64,000 nucleotides of DNA. Origin: Nitrospirota bacterium (GTDB taxonomy: Bacteria; Nitrospirota; UBA9217). The notes under the pieces were generated by a model. It did not search any database, was not told the DNA's origin, and saw only the letters and a list, made by a program, of their open reading frames with translations. Numbering within the stretch: position 1 is the first letter of the stretch; the number at the start of each line of letters is the position of its first letter. Shown piece after piece: positions 60,067 to 64,000 of the stretch. The translations under genes were made by a program, and so were the position numbers. The stretch is from contig CAWIYV010000014.1 of assembly GCA_963840455.1 (NCBI GenBank), positions 533,469 to 597,468 of the forward strand. Direction: 5' to 3'.

Positions 60067-62511
60067 ATGTTCGCTCGTTGCTTACCAGGGGGATTCGTAG
60101 TGCCTGCAGGAGGATCTGCGGCCATTGCCGTGCTCCTCCTCGTTCTTGCCGGCTGTGCTACGGTCCCCGCCCCGGTCATTGTCACCGCGGCCCCAGCACC
60201 CGTGCCCGCGTCTCCTCCTGTCAAGAAACTACTTCCCGATATCGTAGGCCCTGAAGAGGGCTTCAGCCTCGCCATGGAGGCGTTCAAGGTCGGCGACCTT
60301 GAGACCGCCGGGCTCTTCGCCGAGAGCGTTATGGAGCGCTATCCTAAGACCCCCTGGCAGAAACGGTCGCTGTTCCTTCTGGGCAGGACGCTCCTTGGAC
60401 GGGACATGACCGTTGAGGCCGAGCAGGCTTTGTTCCGCGTTCCTGTCGAGTATCCCGACCTTGCCGATTACGCCCTGTTCTCGCTTGCCGAATACCGGTA
60501 CACGAAGAAGTCCTATCCCGAAGCGGTCGGCCTGTACGAACGCCTGGTCAGCAATTATCCTTCAAGCGCTCTCGTCGCCCGCGCGTCGTTACATAAGGCG
60601 CAGGCGCTGTTCGATGGAGGCTCGTTCCGTGATGCCGTGACCGTCTTTGAGAAGGCGCTGCAGGACCGTCCCCGGTCCGAACAGGCTTCTGACGCGGCGC
60701 TCGGTGTGGGCAAGGCGCTTACCGCGGCCGGCGACCTGCCGGCGGCAGCGCGGGCATATCTTGACGCGAGCGTCCGGTATCCCGGGAACGGGAATGACGC
60801 CGACGTGGAACGGGCCCTCGCGTCCCTCAGGCAGCGAGGCGCAGACGTCCCGAAACTCACCGCCGACGAATTGTACGAGCGTGGTAGGAACCTCTTTCGG
60901 ACCCTGCAGTATGACAAGGCCGTCGGGGACTTCCGCGCCGCTCTCGACGCTGATCCGTCCCATCCCCAGAAGGCCGACATGCTGCTCCGGAGCGGCATAG
61001 CCCTCTTTAATATTGGAAAACGTCCCGAGGCCGCGTCGACGCTGGAACGCCTGATTAAGGCGAAGCTTCCGGACTGCCGGTGCGCTGAAGCGCTCAACTG
61101 GCTGGGAAAGTCCTACAGCAGGCTCGGGCTGCGGGAAGAGGCCGTTGAGACCTATCTCAAGCTCGTCCGGATGTACCCGGAGAGCGACTGGGCGGACGAC
61201 GCGCTCTATCTCACCGGGAATGTTTACCGCGATGCCAATGACATGAAGAAAGCGCTCAAATACTATCGCCGGCTCACGGAGGAATACCCGGACAGCTCTC
61301 TGGCGGACAGCGCAATCTGGTGGCAGGGTTGGGCGTACTACACCGCCGGTGAGTTCCCCAAGGCCGTACAGGCGCTCCAGGAACTGGTCAGCAGATACCC
61401 GCGGTCGTTCCTGGTGAATCAGGCGCTGTACTGGCAGGGAAGGGCCGTTGAAAGGATGGGCGGCCGCGAGAAGGCCCTGCGATATTACCGCCGCATCGTG
61501 GGCCGCGGCCCCTATACCTACTATGGATATCGTGCCGTGGAACGGCTTGGCAGCAGCGACCTGACCGCCGCGACCGATTCGCAGCAGGTGAGCGAAGTCG
61601 TCCCCGAGGACAGCGACCTGCTGCCGGAGGAGGTCCCGGACCTTGCTGACCTGGACGGGCCTCCGGTCTGGACCGATGAGGCGATTGCCGCACTGTCCAA
61701 CTATCCCGCCTACCGGAAGACGCTTGAGCTCATGTATCTCGGCATGAAGAAGGATGCCGCCGCAGAACTCTGGTCGCTCCAGGACCTGATGCCGAAGCGG
61801 TATGGCGCGGTGATCGGCCTGAGCAAGGCCTTCTTCGAACTGGGCGATTTTCACAGCTCGCTCATCGTTGTGCTGCGGAACTTCGATCGCCGGCTTGAGC
61901 GGCCATCGCCGCAGCTGCCAGCGGACCTCTGGCTTCTCGCCTATCCACAGGGCTATTGGCAGAGCATCGTTGCTGCGGCGCGCCGCCACGGGCTGGACCC
62001 GTATTTTGTGGCCGCTATCATCCGTGAAGAGAGCCAGTTCCGTCCTGAGGCGGTATCGCCGGCCGGCGCACGGGGAGTGATGCAGGTGATGCCGGCCACG
62101 GGAGAATGGATCGCGCGGATGACCGGCATCCGGGATTTCGACCGGGCGAAGCTCTTTGAGGCTGACATGAACATCACCATCGGGGCCTGGTACCTGAGCC
62201 ATCTGATGAAGCGGTTCCGGAACGACCTGGTGCTCGTGAGTGCGGCATACAATGCCGGGCCTGAGGCTGTGGCAGGCTGGACCGACCGGAAGAGCGTGGC
62301 ATCGGACACTGAGGCGTTCGTGGAGACCATCCCGTTCATGGAGACCCGGGGATATGTGAAGAAGGTGCTCAGGAACTATGCAGAGTACCGGCGGATCTAC
62401 GGCAGGACCGACCTTGTGTCACCGCTGCTGCAACAGGACCCGGTGAACCCTGGGGCGTCAACAACAGCGGGGACGCGGCTGTGCGGAACAACAACGGATC
62501 GCTGTCCCTGA
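60067..62511 (+). CDS. TPR-containing lytic transglycosylase lipoprotein (Slt family)
   Basis: Lipobox LAGC, many TPR/YP repeats, IIREESQF, GVMQ, AYNAG, ETRGYV; start uncertain. Confidence 0.9.
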   Translation: MFARCLPGGFVVPAGGSAAIAVLLLVLAGCATVPAPVIVTAAPAPVPASPPVKKLLPDIVGPEEGFSLAMEAFKVGDLETAGLFAESVMERYPKTPWQKRSLFLLGRTLLGRDMTVEAEQALFRVPVEYPDLADYALFSLAEYRYTKKSYPEAVGLYERLVSNYPSSALVARASLHKAQALFDGGSFRDAVTVFEKALQDRPRSEQASDAALGVGKALTAAGDLPAAARAYLDASVRYPGNGNDADVERALASLRQRGADVPKLTADELYERGRNLFRTLQYDKAVGDFRAALDADPSHPQKADMLLRSGIALFNIGKRPEAASTLERLIKAKLPDCRCAEALNWLGKSYSRLGLREEAVETYLKLVRMYPESDWADDALYLTGNVYRDANDMKKALKYYRRLTEEYPDSSLADSAIWWQGWAYYTAGEFPKAVQALQELVSRYPRSFLVNQALYWQGRAVERMGGREKALRYYRRIVGRGPYTYYGYRAVERLGSSDLTAATDSQQVSEVVPEDSDLLPEEVPDLADLDGPPVWTDEAIAALSNYPAYRKTLELMYLGMKKDAAAELWSLQDLMPKRYGAVIGLSKAFFELGDFHSSLIVVLRNFDRRLERPSPQLPADLWLLAYPQGYWQSIVAAARRHGLDPYFVAAIIREESQFRPEAVSPAGARGVMQVMPATGEWIARMTGIRDFDRAKLFEADMNITIGAWYLSHLMKRFRNDLVLVSAAYNAGPEAVAGWTDRKSVASDTEAFVETIPFMETRGYVKKVLRNYAEYRRIYGRTDLVSPLLQQDPVNPGASTTAGTRLCGTTTDRCP

Positions 62512-62529
62512 CCGGCAGCGGGCGGAGGC

Positions 62530-62820
62530 ATGGTGAAAGAGCTTAGTTCGCGGTTCGCTGAGGTCGAACGAAGAGTGCGCGCTCTGGTAACGGAGAATCA
62601 GGGACTGCTCGCACGGGTGCGCGAGCTGGAGGATGAACGAGGCAGGCTGGGTGAAGCTGCGCGGGATTCCGATGCCCTCCGCGCCAACAAATCGCAGGTA
62701 CAGGACCGGCTGAAACGGCTGCTGCGTCTCCTGGAGACGGTTGAAGTACGAGAAGAGGAGCGGGGGGGGGCCGAAGCATCACCGGCACGGGAAGAGCACG
62801 CGGATGCGGACAAGGTCTGA
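62530..62820 (+). CDS. Short coiled-coil protein (ZapB-like, tentative)
   Basis: GGAGG RBS; heptad pattern ending V.DRL.RLL..LE. Confidence 0.5.
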   Translation: MVKELSSRFAEVERRVRALVTENQGLLARVRELEDERGRLGEAARDSDALRANKSQVQDRLKRLLRLLETVEVREEERGGAEASPAREEHADADKV

Positions 62821-62882
62821 AATCGTCCGATGCGAGGGATGCAATAGGATGATCCTTCAAGCGGATAACTCTCTGTATAGCG

Positions 62883-62962
62883 GATCCCGGAAAGAACGAT
62901 CAGTATGACGAAACGACCTTGAGGCGTGTTGCTCCCTTCAGCTTGCTGCAGGGAGTTTCAAT
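62883..62962 (-). repeat. Double-hairpin miniature element, deleted copy E
   Basis: ATGACGAAACGACCTTGAGG (matches reverse complement of the copy D spacer) and CAGCTTGCTGCAGGGAGTTTCAAT (matches the end of copy A). Confidence 0.7.
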
Positions 62963-63052
62963 TGCCTTCAAGACGAGAGCATTCGATGGGTCAGATCGTA
63001 TCTGCACGGAACAGCGTCAAACCGTTGTTCTCCGGACAGGCAGGGCATTGGT

Positions 63053-63955
63053 ATGACCGGTGACGAGAATTTCTATCATACGATCCTGGACAACCTTTAT
63101 GACGGCGTATATTTCGTCGACCGCGACCGGAAAATCACCTACTGGAACAAGGGGGCCGAGCGGATCACCGGGTACACCGCCGGCGAGGTCGTCGGCAACC
63201 GGTGTTTCGACAACATTCTCATGCACGTTGACAGCCGCGGCACGCTCCTGTGCAAGGACCTGTGCCCGCTTGCCGCGACGCTTCGGGACGGCAGCGAGCG
63301 GACCGCCGATGTCTATCTCCAGCATAAGGACGGCCACCGTGTTTCCGTCAACATCCGGATCAACCCGCTCCGGGACGAGCGCGGCGAGATCGTGGGAGGG
63401 GTCGAGATCTTCACCGACAATTCCCAGACGCTGTCTGCTATCGCCCGGATGGAGGCGTTCGAGAAATTGGCCTATTTCGATCCCCTGACCGGCACCGCGA
63501 ACCGCAGGTTCGCTGAGATCACCCTGCACGCCCGGTACGAGGAGTTCAAGCGGTATGGATGGCCCTTTGGCCTTATCTTCATCGACATCGACCGGTTCAA
63601 ATGCATCAATGACGAGTACGGCCATCCAACGGGCGACGAGGTCCTGAAGATGGTGGCGAAAACGCTGATGAACAGCGCGCGCTCCTTCGATGTGGTCGCC
63701 CGGTGGGGAGGCGACGAGTTCATTGTGGTGATTGCGAACGTCGACCGCGAACAGCTCGTTGCCACCGCCAACCGCTTCCGCACTCTCGTGGAGCGGTCCA
63801 GCCGCGCCGCTGGCCCGGTCCCGCAGGTCACGATCTCCGTCGGTGCGACCCTCTCCAGCAGCGACGACTCCGAGGAGACGCTCCTGGCACGCGCCGACCG
63901 GCTCATGTACGAGAGTAAGAGCGCGGGCAAGAACCGCGTCACCGCGGACGCGTGA
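63053..63955 (+). CDS. PAS-GGDEF diguanylate cyclase
   Basis: PAS (WNKGAERITGY), DPLTG.ANR, RSFD I-site, RWGGDEF. Confidence 0.93.
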   Translation: MTGDENFYHTILDNLYDGVYFVDRDRKITYWNKGAERITGYTAGEVVGNRCFDNILMHVDSRGTLLCKDLCPLAATLRDGSERTADVYLQHKDGHRVSVNIRINPLRDERGEIVGGVEIFTDNSQTLSAIARMEAFEKLAYFDPLTGTANRRFAEITLHARYEEFKRYGWPFGLIFIDIDRFKCINDEYGHPTGDEVLKMVAKTLMNSARSFDVVARWGGDEFIVVIANVDREQLVATANRFRTLVERSSRAAGPVPQVTISVGATLSSSDDSEETLLARADRLMYESKSAGKNRVTADA

Positions 63956-64000
63956 CGTCGTCCTTTCCTGACCCTGCCACTGCGCTTTTCATCCTCCTCA

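Noticed and set aside
60589-62202. Long antisense ORFs (also 30177-31421, 31595-32752, 21548-22750, 39047-40339, 54850-55956)
   Set aside because: Shadow frames of well-supported high-GC genes on the opposite strand, with no motifs

Overview
A GC-rich bacterial chromosomal window whose gene content and style suggest an anaerobic Nitrospirota/Deltaproteobacteria-like organism (inference). The left ~6.8 kb is a lower-GC accessory region with two Gly-linker lipoproteins, a 3' tRNA-Ala fragment (likely att scar), a complete IS1595-family element and small orphan genes. The remainder is mostly housekeeping: a MacAB/FtsX-type ABC system, purMN, a ~12 kb DUF177-rpmF-plsX-fab-rnc operon, bioA, degQ, ruvCAB, queH, an Rrf2-iscS-iscU-tusA cluster, coaD, argS, tgt-yajC-secDF, a TPR lytic transglycosylase and two diguanylate cyclases. 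Most notable: (1) an acyl-CoA dehydrogenase-EtfB-ferredoxin/EtfA trio of the electron-bifurcating type sits inside the fatty acid synthesis operon between fabH and fabD, with no enoyl-ACP reductase gene in the window; (2) the IscS homolog lacks the PLP Schiff-base lysine (K to Q); (3) argS carries a low-GC in-frame swapped segment; (4) a ~115 bp double-hairpin miniature element occurs five times, and many intergenic inverted 7-mer/9-mer repeat arrays are present. All calls come from reading motifs by eye; no database searches were run.
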